DNA of 64,000 nucleotides from Candidatus Fervidifonticultor sextus (GTDB lineage Bacteria > Sysuimicrobiota > Sysuimicrobiia > Sysuimicrobiales > Humicultoraceae): positions 224,001 to 288,000 of the forward strand of contig JAVKHQ010000001.1 of assembly GCA_031459875.1 (NCBI GenBank), written 5' to 3'. The notes under the pieces were generated by a model. It was given only the letters and a program-made list of their open reading frames with translations. It did no database searches and had not been told where the DNA came from. Below, in pieces: positions 1 through 10,536 of this stretch. Made by a program: the position numbers and the translations under genes. The stretch's first letter is position 1. The number at the start of each line of letters is the position of its first letter.

Positions 1-84
1 AAGACAGTCGCTTGCTCGGGTAACATATCACATGGCGCGACGATAGGTCCCCGGGTAACAGTTTAGGCGGCGCGATTCGCCACG

Positions 85-113
85 TTGTCAGCGCCCCGCG
101 CAGATGTTAGGAT
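85..113 (+). promoter_or_regulatory. sigma70-type promoter of the XRE-TPR gene
   Basis: TTGTCA (85-90), 17 bp, TAGGAT (108-113) with a TG extension; overlaps the ORF-track ATG at 104. Confidence 0.55.
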
Positions 114-121
114 GGATTGTC

Positions 122-1495
122 GTGGCTCGGTCCTCTCCTTCCGTCGCCGGAACTGCACGCCCTGATTGGCTCGTCCAGTTCGGCCGGCGCCTGCTCCTGG
201 CTCGAGGGCGCGCGGGCCTGACCCAGCAGGCGCTTGGCGCACCGGACCTCAGCAAGAGCTTCATCAGCCTGCTGGAAAGCGGGCGCTCGCACCCTTCGGT
301 GGAGACGGTCATCGCCCTCGCCCGTCGGGTCGGTAGTTCCATCGGGGCGCTGCTGCTCGATACTCCGGCGCTCCGCCTGGAGACCGCGCAGAACCTCGTC
401 CACTTGGCCGGCCAGATGGACCCCGGACCGCAGGGAGCCGAAGCGGTCACACTGGTCGAGGCGGCCCGGGTGCTGCTCCCGGATATGCCCGCAGACCTCC
501 GCGTGCGCGCTGCCCTCGTGCGGGCCAGGGTTGCCATGGCCGGCGGGCGTCTTGACGAGGCCGCACGCTGGGCGGAAGAGGCGTTGACCCAGGCCCGACG
601 CCATCGCCTGACGAACCTTGCCGGCATGGGCCTTGCGCTCAAGGGCGACGTGGCCCTCAAGCAGCGCTCGTTCAAGGCCGCCCTGCCGTTGCTGGAGGAG
701 GCCACGACGACCCTCCAGCGGACGAAGTCGGCCCGGACCGAGGAGAACGTGCGGGCCCTGATCTCGCTGGGGGCGGCGTGCTTCCAGCTGGGGCTGACCG
801 ATCGGGCGGGCCGGGCCTACAAGCGGGCCCTGGAAGTGGCCACCCGCCTGCGCCTCCAGGCGCTTGGAGGCAAGGCCCTCATGGGCCTCGGCCTAGTGGC
901 GCGGGCGCGGCGCCAGGCCGATCTGGCCGTCTCGCTGCTGCGGCAGGCGCACGAAGCGTTCGCCCAGGCCGATCAGGTCGCCGAGGCAGGCCAGGCGCTC
1001 AATGCCCTGGGTCTGGTCCTGCGCGAGCAGGGCCGGCACCAGGAGGCCCTGGCGGCCCTGGAACAGGCGCTCCAGCTCCGGGATCGGCTGGAGTCGCCTG
1101 GCGTCCGCAGCGCCACGTTGGACGAGATCGCCCTGGTCCACCTGGCGCTGGGCCGCCACGCAGATGCGGCCCGCGCGGCGCGCCGGGCCATCAGAGAGGC
1201 CGAGGCGGCCAGGGATCGCGGACGCGAGGCGGCCGCGCAGGTCACGCTGGCCCGGGTGCTCCGCGCCCGGGGCCGCCGGCGGGAAGCGGTCCACCTGCTC
1301 CGCGGCGCGATCACCGTCCTGATGCGGCTCGGCCTCGACCAGCAGGCGAAAGCCGCAGCCGCGGATCTGGGCCTGCTGTTGCGCGATGCCGGGAACCAGC
1401 AGGACGCTGAGAAGTACCTGGCGATGGCCCTGCGGAAGTCCCCGGCTCCCGCCTCCGCGCGCCAGGCCCCGGCCCTGGAGGAACTGCCCCACTGA
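122..1495 (+). CDS. XRE-family HTH plus TPR transcriptional regulator
   Basis: N-terminal LTQQALGAPDLSKSFISLLESGRSHPS HTH followed by many TPR-like helical repeats; start GTG122 (or ATG104). Confidence 0.8.
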   Translation: MARSSPSVAGTARPDWLVQFGRRLLLARGRAGLTQQALGAPDLSKSFISLLESGRSHPSVETVIALARRVGSSIGALLLDTPALRLETAQNLVHLAGQMDPGPQGAEAVTLVEAARVLLPDMPADLRVRAALVRARVAMAGGRLDEAARWAEEALTQARRHRLTNLAGMGLALKGDVALKQRSFKAALPLLEEATTTLQRTKSARTEENVRALISLGAACFQLGLTDRAGRAYKRALEVATRLRLQALGGKALMGLGLVARARRQADLAVSLLRQAHEAFAQADQVAEAGQALNALGLVLREQGRHQEALAALEQALQLRDRLESPGVRSATLDEIALVHLALGRHADAARAARRAIREAEAARDRGREAAAQVTLARVLRARGRRREAVHLLRGAITVLMRLGLDQQAKAAAADLGLLLRDAGNQQDAEKYLAMALRKSPAPASARQAPALEELPH

Positions 1496-1670
1496 CCGTT
1501 GGGGATCCCCGCCACCGGCGGCCCCGCAGAACCGCAGGCCGCCGGGACCGCCAGTATCTTCCTGACCGGCACGGATCCGGCAGGCGCCCCGATCAGGGCC
1601 CGATGCCCGCGCGGAGTCCCCCTGCCCACGACGGCGCCCGGCGGTGTATCCTTGTGCCCGAGGAGACCCG

Positions 1671-3401
1671 ATGAACCGCGAGACGAAAAGCCCGACCCGC
1701 AAGCGACACGTCAGCCCCAACTTCATCACCGAGATCATCGATGCCGATCTCCGCCGGGGGCGCTACCCAAAGGTCGTCACGCGCTTTCCGCCCGAGCCCA
1801 ACGGCTATCTGCACATCGGGCACGCCAAGTCCATCTGCCTGAACTTCGGGCTGGCCCTCGACTACGGCGGGGAGTGCAACCTGCGTTTCGACGACACCAA
1901 TCCCGAGACCGAGTCGCTCGAGTACGTCGAGAGCATCAAGCGGGACGTCCAGTGGCTGGGCTTCCAGTGGGCCCGGGAGTGCTACGCGTCGGACTACTTC
2001 GAGCAACTCTACGAATGCGCGGTCCAACTCATCAAGGAAGGTAAGGCCTACGTGGACAGCCTCACCGAGGAGGAGATCGGCGCCTACCGGGGCACCGTCA
2101 CCCAGCCGGGCCGCCCCAGCCCCTACCGCGACCGCAGCGTGGAGGAGAACCTGGACCTCTTCCGGCGCATGCGCGCCGGCGAATTTCCCACCGGCGCGCA
2201 CGTCCTGCGGGCCAAGATCGACCTGGCGAGCCGCAACATGAAGTTGCGCGACCCGGTCCTCTACCGCATCGTGCACGCCACCCACTACCACACCGGGGAC
2301 GCCTGGTGCATCTACCCGCTGTACGACTTCGCCCATCCGCTGTCGGACGCCATCGAGGGTATCTCCCACAGCCTCTGCACCCTGGAGTTCGAGAACAACC
2401 GGGCCATCTACGACTGGCTGGTGGAGCACCTGCGCGGCAAGTGCGGCCTGCCGGCCTCACCCCGTCCCCACCAGTACGAGTTTGCCCGGCTGAACCTGGA
2501 CTACACGGTGCTGTCCAAGCGCAAGTTGATCCGACTGGTGGAAGGGAAGTACGTGCAGGGCTGGGACGACCCGCGCATGCCCACCCTCTCGGGCCTGCGG
2601 CGGCGCGGGGTCACGCCGGAAGCCATCCGCGAGTTCGCCGCCCGGATCGGGGTGGCCAGGGCCGACAACCGGGTGGACGTCGCGATCCTGGAGGCCGCCA
2701 TCCGCGACGACCTCAACCCCCGCGCGCCCCGGGTGATGGCCGTGCTCAGGCCGCTGCGCGTCGTCCTGACCAACTTCCCGGAGGGACGGGTCGAGCACCT
2801 GGAGGCCCCCTACTGGCCCCACGACGTGCCGAAGACGGGCTCGCGGCGCGTGCCGTTCGCGCGGGACCTCTACATCGAGCGCGACGACTTCATGGAGCAC
2901 CCACCCAAGGGTTTCTACCGCCTCACACCTGGCGGGCGCGTGCGGCTGCGGCACGCCTACGTGATCCGCTGCGACCACGTGGTCAAGGGCTCTAGCGGCG
3001 AGGTCGTCGAACTGCGCTGCACCTACGACCCCGACACGCTCGGCAGGAACCCGGCCGACGGTCCCCCCAAGGGCACGATCCACTGGGTCTCCGCCGCGCA
3101 CGCGGTGCGGGCAGAAGTCCGCCTCTACGACCGCCTGTTCAGCGTACCCGATCCCGAAGCCGGCCCGGGCGAGTTCACCGACTACCTGAACCCCAACTCC
3201 CTGATCACGGTTGAAGGGTTCGTCGAGCCCAGCGTCCTCCACGACCCGCCGGAGGTCCGGTATCAGTTCGAACGGCTGGGGTATTTCTGGCAGGACCCGG
3301 CCGACTCCAGGCCCGAGCGCCTGGTCTTCAACCGGATCGTGCCGCTGCGCGACTCGTGGGCCAAGGTCGCCCGCGATGCAGCCGCTATCGAATCGAGATA
3401 G
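1671..3401 (+). CDS. glnS: glutamine--tRNA ligase
   Basis: [59 protein letters not shown] before ATG1671. Confidence 0.96.
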   Translation: MNRETKSPTRKRHVSPNFITEIIDADLRRGRYPKVVTRFPPEPNGYLHIGHAKSICLNFGLALDYGGECNLRFDDTNPETESLEYVESIKRDVQWLGFQWARECYASDYFEQLYECAVQLIKEGKAYVDSLTEEEIGAYRGTVTQPGRPSPYRDRSVEENLDLFRRMRAGEFPTGAHVLRAKIDLASRNMKLRDPVLYRIVHATHYHTGDAWCIYPLYDFAHPLSDAIEGISHSLCTLEFENNRAIYDWLVEHLRGKCGLPASPRPHQYEFARLNLDYTVLSKRKLIRLVEGKYVQGWDDPRMPTLSGLRRRGVTPEAIREFAARIGVARADNRVDVAILEAAIRDDLNPRAPRVMAVLRPLRVVLTNFPEGRVEHLEAPYWPHDVPKTGSRRVPFARDLYIERDDFMEHPPKGFYRLTPGGRVRLRHAYVIRCDHVVKGSSGEVVELRCTYDPDTLGRNPADGPPKGTIHWVSAAHAVRAEVRLYDRLFSVPDPEAGPGEFTDYLNPNSLITVEGFVEPSVLHDPPEVRYQFERLGYFWQDPADSRPERLVFNRIVPLRDSWAKVARDAAAIESR

Positions 3402-4284
3402 GGTTTGACTCAATCGCCTCGGGCATGTCCGGGGAGGGTCTGTGGCAGAACGAGAGGCGGACCCGAGCCCTGTCCAGGGGCGTCAGGCCCCTGGGGATGG
3501 TCCAGACCAGCGACCTCGCTGCCCCACGGTTCGGAATGATCACGCAGGTGGTCCGGGCGTGCTCCAGACGGGCGGCGGCGACCACGCGGCCGCGGTCGGT
3601 CACCTGGATGGCGGGACGCACGCCGATCGGATAGTCGGTGATCCGACCCAGGGCCATCCGGACCTGCTCCCCCGCCCGGTAGAGATCCCATTCGGTGCGC
3701 AGCAGGACGAGTCTGTTGCGGGCGCCGAGGTCCTGTTCGACCCCCGTGGAGGTCTCATCCCAAAACCGGCTTGGGCCAACGTCGATGTGCACGGCGCTCG
3801 CATGGTAGTACCCGGCCCCGCAGCAGTCGAGGCTGCGGACGAACTCCCAGAGTCGCTTCCCCTCGACCCCCTCCATCTCGATGTCGGCCGCCATCCCCTC
3901 CAGGTGCATGCTCGTGCGGGCCGCCAGCCTGCCTCTCCTCCGGAGCCCTTCATTGTCGGCGGGACTCCGATAGCCCGACACGATCCTGATCGGCCCGCCT
4001 CTCAGGTGGTCCTGGAGGTAGTCGAGGAGGGCGACCAGCCGGAGGGCAATCCCCTCAGAGGCGTGGGGCGGGACGCCGAAGATCTGGTTGATCCGCCTGT
4101 GAACCGATTTCGGATAGTCACCCCCCGGCGTTCGGTACGCCATCACACCGCCGCCGGTGTGCGCATTGACGAGATGGACGATCCCGTCTCCTTCGAGAAA
4201 GAACCGTCGCGAGGCCGAGGCCCCGGCGGTCAGGGGGAAGAGCAAGAGCAAGGCCGCCACCGAGCAGAGAGCCGCATTGGGCAT
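3385..4284 (-). CDS. exported YcbK/DUF882-like (peptidase M15) protein with C-terminal extension
   Basis: signal peptide [39 protein letters not shown] and VHIDVG Zn-ligand motifs. Confidence 0.8.
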   Translation of the reverse strand: MPNAALCSVAALLLLFPLTAGASASRRFFLEGDGIVHLVNAHTGGGVMAYRTPGGDYPKSVHRRINQIFGVPPHASEGIALRLVALLDYLQDHLRGGPIRIVSGYRSPADNEGLRRRGRLAARTSMHLEGMAADIEMEGVEGKRLWEFVRSLDCCGAGYYHASAVHIDVGPSRFWDETSTGVEQDLGARNRLVLLRTEWDLYRAGEQVRMALGRITDYPIGVRPAIQVTDRGRVVAAARLEHARTTCVIIPNRGAARSLVWTIPRGLTPLDRARVRLSFCHRPSPDMPEAIESNPISIR

Positions 4285-4536
4285 CGGGGACCCACCCACA
4301 GCCACCGGGTTCCCAGTGGGTTCTTGAAAGAACCTGTGCCGTCCTTCCGGGAAGGGGCAGCATCTCAAGTCGCCGCGTGCCCGCAACCGGCCCGCAGACC
4401 CAGACCCACACCCGGCCATCGGCTGGATGGTGAAGACCAGATGCGACAAAGCGCGCCCCGGAGCTTCGCACTCCCGTGGGGGAGCCGGGGACCGACCCGG
4501 CAACGGCAGCACCGTGAAAGCGCAAGGTCCATGCCC

Positions 4537-4610
4537 TGGCTGGGGGAGGAGGATTCGAACCCCCACTAACGGGTCCAGAGCCCGTCGTCCTACCGTTAGA
4601 CGATCCCCCA
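4537..4610 (-). tRNA. tRNA-Gln(CUG)
   Basis: TGGGGGA acceptor stem, anticodon arm ACGGG-CT-CTG-GA-CCCGT, TTCGAAT T-loop, encoded CCA. Confidence 0.97.
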
Positions 4611-4689
4611 GCGCACACGCGCCGCGGCAGCCCGCGGCGCGTGTGCTATGCGGTTGCACGCTGATTATACGGGAGGCTTCAAAACAGGG

Positions 4690-6171
4690 TCAAGGCACGA
4701 CCGCCCCGGCAGCGAACGCGGCCGCCCGACGCAGCCGGTCCACGGCCCGCTCCCGACCGAGCACCTCGGTGAGTTCGAACAACCCCGGCCCGGCGGTCTT
4801 GCCGGTGAGGGCCACCCGCGCCGGATGGATGAGTGCCCGGGCCTCTGCGCCGGCACGGGCGCAGACACCGCGCAATGCGGCCTCGATCGTCCCGCGCTCG
4901 AAGGGCTCCAGGTCCGCCAGCGCGTCCGCATAAGCGGCCAGCAGGGGCGCCGAGGCCGGCGTCAGGTGTACCGCCGCAGCCGCCGGGTCGTACTCGACGT
5001 CCCGGAAGAAGAAGTCGCCGTAGGCGATGATGTCGCGGCCGGTCTTCAAGCGCTCCCCCACCACCTCCACCACCCGGGCCAGGTAGGCCCGCGCCTCGGG
5101 ACCCGGATCGGCCGGCAGCAGGCCTTCCCGCTGCAGGATGCCAACACAGAGGTCGACCACGCGGCCGGGGGCCTGCCCCATGAGCCGGCGCATGTAGACG
5201 CCGTTGAGCCAGGTGAGTTTGTCCAGGTCGAAGATCGGCGAGGCCCGGCCCACCTCCTCGAGCCGGAACTCCCGGACCAGTTCTTCCAGCGCATAGACCT
5301 CGCGCTCGGACTCGGGATGCCAGGCCATCAGCGCGAAGAAGTTCAGCAGCGCCTCCGGCAGGTAGCCCTGCTCCCGGTACTCCCGCACCGCGGTGTCGCC
5401 GTGCCGCTTGGACAGTTTCTTCCGGTCAGCGCCCAGGATCACCGGGAGGTGGGCGAATGCCGGCGGGGCCCATCCCAGCGCCCGGTACATCACCCACTGC
5501 TTGGGCGTGTTCGACAGGTGCTCGCTGGCCCGGATGACGTGCGTGATGTCCATCAGGTGGTCGTCGACGACGTTGGCGAAGTTGTACAGCGGCGTGCCGT
5601 CGGACCGCACGATGATGTAGTCGTCCAGGTGCTCGGGCTCGAAGACCACGCGACCCCGGATCAGGTCGTCCACGACGATCGGCTCAGCCAGGTCCGTGAC
5701 CCGCAGGCGCAGCGACGGACGGCGGCCGGCGGCCTCGAAAGCCGCCCGCTGGGCCGCGGTCAGGTCGCGGCAGCGGCCGGAGTACCGATGCGGCCGGCGC
5801 TCCCGCTCGGCCCGGCGGCGCTCGGCGTCCAGTTCGTCCGCGGTGCAGTAGCAGGGATAGGCGGCACCCCGGTCGGCCAGTTCGCGGGCAAAGCGGGCGT
5901 AGAGGTCCTGGCGCTCGGTCTGCCGGTAGGGCCCGACCGGCCCCCCGACGTCAGGGCCCTCCTGCCAGCCCAGGCCCAGCCAGCGGAAGTCCTCGAAGAT
6001 CGCCGCCTCATAGGCCTGGGTCGAGCGCGAGCGGTCGGTGTCCTCGATCCGCAGGATGAAGACCCCGCCGTGGTGGCGGGCGAACAGCCAGTTGAAGAAC
6101 GCGGTCCAGGCGCCGCCGATGTGGAGATACCCGGTCGGGGAGGGCGCAAAGCGCGTGCGGACCGCTGCCAC
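4690..6171 (-). CDS. gltX: glutamate--tRNA ligase
   Basis: RTRFAPSPTGYLHIGG, LRIEDTD, CYC, KLSKRHG. Confidence 0.97.
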   Translation of the reverse strand: MAAVRTRFAPSPTGYLHIGGAWTAFFNWLFARHHGGVFILRIEDTDRSRSTQAYEAAIFEDFRWLGLGWQEGPDVGGPVGPYRQTERQDLYARFARELADRGAAYPCYCTADELDAERRRAERERRPHRYSGRCRDLTAAQRAAFEAAGRRPSLRLRVTDLAEPIVVDDLIRGRVVFEPEHLDDYIIVRSDGTPLYNFANVVDDHLMDITHVIRASEHLSNTPKQWVMYRALGWAPPAFAHLPVILGADRKKLSKRHGDTAVREYREQGYLPEALLNFFALMAWHPESEREVYALEELVREFRLEEVGRASPIFDLDKLTWLNGVYMRRLMGQAPGRVVDLCVGILQREGLLPADPGPEARAYLARVVEVVGERLKTGRDIIAYGDFFFRDVEYDPAAAAVHLTPASAPLLAAYADALADLEPFERGTIEAALRGVCARAGAEARALIHPARVALTGKTAGPGLFELTEVLGRERAVDRLRRAAAFAAGAVVP

Positions 6172-6194
6172 GTCCCTATTCTACGCGACCCGGG

Positions 6195-7148
6195 CTACGT
6201 GAACAGCAGGCTGACGGACTGGTTCATGTGGATCCGCCGGATCGCCTCGGCGAGCAGCGGCGCCGCCGAGAGCACCGTGATCTTCGGCAGGAGACGGTCG
6301 GGAGGGATGGGGATCGTGTTGGTGACGATCACTTCGCGGATCTCGGGACGGGACAGCCGCTGCGTGGCCGGTCCGGCCAGGACCGGGTGGGTGGCGCACA
6401 CGTAGATCTCGGGCACGCAGCCGTGGGCCAGCAAGACGTCGGCGGCCTGCATGAGGGTCCCGGCGGTGTCGATGATGTCCTCGATGAAGATGGGGGTCTT
6501 CCCTTCCACCTCGCCGACCATCTGGATCGGCTCCTTGGAGTCGGCTCCGACCCGGCGCTGGAAGATGACCGCCAGCGGCAGGTCCAGCCGGTCGGCCAGC
6601 CGCTTGCTGCGCTTCACCGCGCCGTCATCGGCGGCCACGACCACGCCGTTCTTGAGGTCCCTGCGGAGGAGGCAGTCGGCGAACAGCGGCAGCGCCCTCA
6701 GGTGGTCCACCGGGATGGTGAAGAACCCTTCGACCTGCCCGGCGTGAAGGTCGAGGGTCAGCACCCGGTCGACGCCGGCCGTGGTCAGGAGGTCCGCCAC
6801 GAGCCGGCCGGTGATGGGCTCGCGCGGCGCATCCTTCTTGTCCTGGCGGGCATAGGCGAAGTACGGGACGACGGCGGTGATGCGCCCGGCCGAAGCGCGG
6901 CGGAGGGCGTCCACCATGATGAGCAACTCCATGAGGTGTTCATTGACCGGGTGACAGGTGGACTGGACGACAAACGCATCCTCGCCGCGGGCGTTCTCTT
7001 CGTAGCGGCAGTAGATCTCGCCATCTGCGAAGCGCATGAGCCTCACGCGACCGGGGTTGATCTGCAGGTACTCGGCGATCTCCCGACCCAGATCGGGCAC
7101 CGAGCTGCCGCAGAAGAGTTTCAGCTCGCCGTAGGTGGTATCGGTCAT
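6195..7148 (-). CDS. prs: ribose-phosphate pyrophosphokinase
   Basis: FADGE, PYFAYARQDKK, DLHAGQ, EDIIDTAGTL; start at MTDTTYGELKLF. Confidence 0.95.
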   Translation of the reverse strand: MTDTTYGELKLFCGSSVPDLGREIAEYLQINPGRVRLMRFADGEIYCRYEENARGEDAFVVQSTCHPVNEHLMELLIMVDALRRASAGRITAVVPYFAYARQDKKDAPREPITGRLVADLLTTAGVDRVLTLDLHAGQVEGFFTIPVDHLRALPLFADCLLRRDLKNGVVVAADDGAVKRSKRLADRLDLPLAVIFQRRVGADSKEPIQMVGEVEGKTPIFIEDIIDTAGTLMQAADVLLAHGCVPEIYVCATHPVLAGPATQRLSRPEIREVIVTNTIPIPPDRLLPKITVLSAAPLLAEAIRRIHMNQSVSLLFT

Positions 7149-7156
7149 GGCGCGGG

Positions 7157-7420
7157 CTACCGCGCCTGGACGAGGAACTTGATGGCCGTGCGCTCTTCGC
7201 CATCGATCTCCACTTTGGTGAACGCAGGGATGGTGACGAGATCGATGCCGTTGGGGGCGACGAAGCCACGGGTGATCGCAATCGCCTTCACGGCCTGGTT
7301 GACGGCCCCAGCGCCGACCGCCTGGATCTCCACCGAGCCCTGCTCGCGGAGTACTGCCGCCACGGCGCCCGCCACCGCCTTGGGCTTGGAATCCGCGGAG
7401 ACCTTGAGCACCTCCGCCAT
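7157..7420 (-). CDS. spoVS: stage V sporulation protein S family protein
   Basis: LKVSADSKPKAVAGAVA...GAGAVNQAVKAIAITRGF; GAGGAGG RBS. Confidence 0.95.
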   Translation of the reverse strand: MAEVLKVSADSKPKAVAGAVAAVLREQGSVEIQAVGAGAVNQAVKAIAITRGFVAPNGIDLVTIPAFTKVEIDGEERTAIKFLVQAR

Positions 7421-7472
7421 GGCCGACCGCTGCCTCCTCGAAATGCGGCGACGAAAGGGGGGTTCCGCAAGC

Positions 7473-7501
7473 GTATTCGTCTGGTCGGGCGGAACTCCTC
7501 C
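7473..7501 (-). promoter_or_regulatory. SigH-type promoter of spoVS
   Basis: GGAGGAGTT-N11-GACGAATAC matches RNAGGAWWW-N11/12-RNNGAAT. Confidence 0.6.
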
Positions 7502-7504
7502 CTT

Positions 7505-8590
7505 CTAGTCTACCAGCAGTCCCGCCGCGGCGGCGACTCCGGCGGCGGCCGCTCGGCGCCACTCCTCCAGGCGCGCCTGCAGGGCTGCCGGCTGCACCCG
7601 AGGTGCCGTCCAGGCCGCTTCGAGGGCCTGGAGGAGCGCCCGAGGAGACGCATCCACGGGCAGCAGCCCCTGAAGACCCTGCTCGGTCATGAAGGCCGAG
7701 ACCTTGGGATCGTAGGCCAGCCCGACCGCGGGGACGCCCGAGGCGGCGGCGAAGACGATGGCGTGGAATCGGACCCCGACCACCAGGTTCATGGCACCCA
7801 CGAGCCCGAGCAGTTCCTGGGGGGTGGAAGCGGCAATGACACGGCCGCCGGAGGCCCGGGCGACGGCGTCGCTGGCGGCCTGATCTCGACGGCGATCGAA
7901 CACCAGGACGGCGACCGAGGCCCCCCAGGAGGCGGTGGCGCGGCGCAGGATGCCTCCCAGGACCTCGGGGTCGGCCAGCCCCGGCCACGGTCGGACGGCG
8001 GCGGCCACGGTCGGACGGCCGGGTTCCAGGCCGGCGCGTCGGAGCGCGGTCTCCACCTGTTCCCGGGGCGCCGGGGAGAGCAGGACCGAGAGGTCGGCCC
8101 CGAGGTGGATCGGGCGGGACACGCCCAGGGCCTCGAGCGCCCCCAGGGAGTCCCGATCGCGGACGCTGATCACCCGGGCCGCCTCGAATGCCCGGGCCGC
8201 CACGTGCTGCACCCACCGGCGCCGGATCGGCCCGATCCCCTGTCCAACCGCAGCGACCGGGACGCCCCGCCGGGCCGCCGCGAGCATCGTGCCGAGATAG
8301 TAAAGAGCACTGCGGGCGCTGGTGACGTCCTGCACCAGCGATCCCCCGCCCATGATCAGCAGCCTGGCGCCAGCCAGTGCCTGCCACACCCGGGACGGTG
8401 TGCGCGGGATCGCCTCCACACCATGGAGGACCCGGGTGCCGGGCGGGTCGGCGGAGAAGACGATGGGGCGCGCCGAGGGCACGCGACCGCGCAGTTCCCC
8501 GAGCAATCCGGCCAGGACGGCCTCGTCGCCGAGGTTGCCGAAGCCGTAGTACCCGCTGATCAGGACCGGCCGAGCCGTCGCGCGACCCAG
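7505..8590 (-). CDS. csaB: polysaccharide pyruvyl transferase
   Basis: ISGYYGFGNLGDEA, GGGSLVQDVTS, GQGIGP, SVRDRDS, RFHA, YDPKV; start uncertain, overlaps upstream gene. Confidence 0.88.
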   Translation of the reverse strand: MGRATARPVLISGYYGFGNLGDEAVLAGLLGELRGRVPSARPIVFSADPPGTRVLHGVEAIPRTPSRVWQALAGARLLIMGGGSLVQDVTSARSALYYLGTMLAAARRGVPVAAVGQGIGPIRRRWVQHVAARAFEAARVISVRDRDSLGALEALGVSRPIHLGADLSVLLSPAPREQVETALRRAGLEPGRPTVAAAVRPWPGLADPEVLGGILRRATASWGASVAVLVFDRRRDQAASDAVARASGGRVIAASTPQELLGLVGAMNLVVGVRFHAIVFAAASGVPAVGLAYDPKVSAFMTEQGLQGLLPVDASPRALLQALEAAWTAPRVQPAALQARLEEWRRAAAAGVAAAAGLLVD

Positions 8591-10536
8591 AGCAGCATCA
8601 CGACCCCGGGGACCGCCAGGAGCGCGCCGAGCGCCAGGGCGTTGGCGGTCCGCCACACGGTGTACACCAGCGGCGTGTGCAGATGCGAGAACGAGTTGAT
8701 GGCGCCTGCCGTGCCGACGGTACCGGCCAGGGCCAGGCTGACGGCCAGGCGGCGCCACCCCAGACTGGCCGCGGTGCCCGCCAGGACCAGCGCCGGATAG
8801 CCCACCAGGAACTCCTTCGTCCGCGGACGGGCGACGAGGAACTCTTCCAATGTCGTCCGCAGCCGCTGCTCGAGTTCCGGCAGCGGGACGCTGATGTTGC
8901 CGGTGCGCGCCAGCAGCATCACGGCCGCGACGCCGACGGCCAGCACCAGCAGCGCCGAGCCCACCCGCAGCGGCTGGCTGACCCAGGCCCGCAGCTCCCG
9001 GATCGCCGTCCTCCAATCGTCCCGGCTGCGATCGTCGGAGGCGAGCCACAGCGCCACCAGCAGCACGGGGGCGACGTGCGCGGCCTTCACGCCGAGGAAC
9101 GTGGAGAACGCCAGCATGAACGACCACTGGCTGAGCAGCGCCGCGACGAAGAGGCCGGTGAGGGCCGCGAGCCCGACGGCGCGGACCAGGGTGAGGTATC
9201 CTGCGATCGCAGGCGCCGACCCGGGACGACCGGCCGGCCGCAGCGCCCAGACGGCGGCGCCCGCCGCCCCGGCTGCGGCCACGCCCAGGGCCAGCACCTG
9301 CCGCCAGAGCACTTCGAAGGCGGTGAACCCCGCGGCCACGGTCCCGCAGACGGCGGCGGCCACGATCACCCAGAGCCGTCGCGGGGACAGCCGGACCCCG
9401 ACCGCCGCGGCCAGATCAGCCAGCACCAGCACGGACAGGGAGGCGGCACCCATCGCCACGAGCCAGGAGAGCAGACTCGAGACCTGGGCCTCCAGGGGCG
9501 GCATCGGCCGGCTCCGTTCCGTGGCGAACCCCAGACTCCGCAGGGCCCGGGCGACCAACTCGACCATGCGGAGGTTGGCATCCAGCGCCGGCTCGCCGGC
9601 TGCGGTCGCCAGCAGGGGCCGCACGTAGAGGAGTCTGATGTTGCGCTCCTGCGCGGCACGCACGAACCGGCCGGCCGCCTCGTCCGGCCGCAGGACGAGG
9701 AGTTCCTCGGGCGTGATGCTGAAGACGCGGATGACGTCCGGCCGCATCAGGGCCGTCAGCCGGTCCTCGCCTCTCTGCTTGCGGCGCGCGGTGAAGACCT
9801 CGATGCGTCCAAACCGCGCGCCGATCCGCCGGTACTCGCCCGCCGCCTGATCGAGCAGTCCTTCGTACCCCTGCACCTCGGTCAGGGCGAAGATGAGGGT
9901 CGGCGCGGGGCCGGCCTGCGCGTAACTGTCGGCCAGCATGCGCAGGCTCTGGGGGGTCAGCCCACGGAAGTTGCGCGGCCGCAGGACGACGCCCAGCCCG
10001 GCGGCGCGGACGACCCGGGCGTCCTGGGGCCTGAACCCGAGGCCCAGTTCTTCCACGTCGGACGGCGTGCCCAGCACCTCGAGGACCTGGCCCCTGCGCC
10101 GCACGCGCTCTTCACCCAGCAGGATCCGCAGCCGACCGTGCACGAAGCGCAGGTCCTCCGGCGGCCCGGTCACGTACACGGCGCCGTGGCGGATCTCGCC
10201 TGATGCCAGCAGCGGGCGGAACGGTTCGGCCAGCGGCGCAAGCCGCGCCAGGGCTGCCAGCGTGCCCCCCGCGGCGTAGGTGACGGTCCCTTCGTCAGCC
10301 AGCCGCTTGAGGGTGCTCTCGCCGAGGGCGACCGACACTGCCCCGCGCTGGCGGAGGGCCTGGAGCACCTGCACCGGGTCGCGGCCTTCCCGGCGAGCCA
10401 GGCCGATCCAGTCATCCCCGTCCAGGACGATCTCGACCGCGCGGTAGCGGGCCTCGAGGCGGAAGCGCATGCCCAGCACCGCGACCGAGGCCACCAGGCC
10501 GCAGAGCACCAGGGCCAGGAGCCCGAAGCGCGTCAC
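8560..10536 (-). CDS. DUF5693-like membrane protein
   Basis: N-terminal TM, RAAQERNIRLLYVRP, FLGVK, RPRTKEFLVGYP, NSFSHLHTP; adjacent to csaB. Confidence 0.8.
   Translation of the reverse strand: MTRFGLLALVLCGLVASVAVLGMRFRLEARYRAVEIVLDGDDWIGLARREGRDPVQVLQALRQRGAVSVALGESTLKRLADEGTVTYAAGGTLAALARLAPLAEPFRPLLASGEIRHGAVYVTGPPEDLRFVHGRLRILLGEERVRRRGQVLEVLGTPSDVEELGLGFRPQDARVVRAAGLGVVLRPRNFRGLTPQSLRMLADSYAQAGPAPTLIFALTEVQGYEGLLDQAAGEYRRIGARFGRIEVFTARRKQRGEDRLTALMRPDVIRVFSITPEELLVLRPDEAAGRFVRAAQERNIRLLYVRPLLATAAGEPALDANLRMVELVARALRSLGFATERSRPMPPLEAQVSSLLSWLVAMGAASLSVLVLADLAAAVGVRLSPRRLWVIVAAAVCGTVAAGFTAFEVLWRQVLALGVAAAGAAGAAVWALRPAGRPGSAPAIAGYLTLVRAVGLAALTGLFVAALLSQWSFMLAFSTFLGVKAAHVAPVLLVALWLASDDRSRDDWRTAIRELRAWVSQPLRVGSALLVLAVGVAAVMLLARTGNISVPLPELEQRLRTTLEEFLVARPRTKEFLVGYPALVLAGTAASLGWRRLAVSLALAGTVGTAGAINSFSHLHTPLVYTVWRTANALALGALLAVPGVVMLLWVARRLGRS

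Noticed and set aside
4537..4560. tRNA-Gln 3' end as an integration site
   Set aside because: I saw no duplicated tRNA 3' end and no integrase in the window.
4285..4659. N-terminal 125 aa of the 3385-4659 ORF
   Set aside because: Runs through the tRNA-Gln gene; the signal peptide begins at ATG4284.
7157..7420. spoVS as evidence of sporulation
   Set aside because: SpoVS is widespread in non-sporulating bacteria, and no other sporulation genes are in the window.
7149..8387. Apparent 730-aa Prs fusion
   Set aside because: The upstream part is an off-frame read through csaB and spoVS; Prs similarity starts at 7148.
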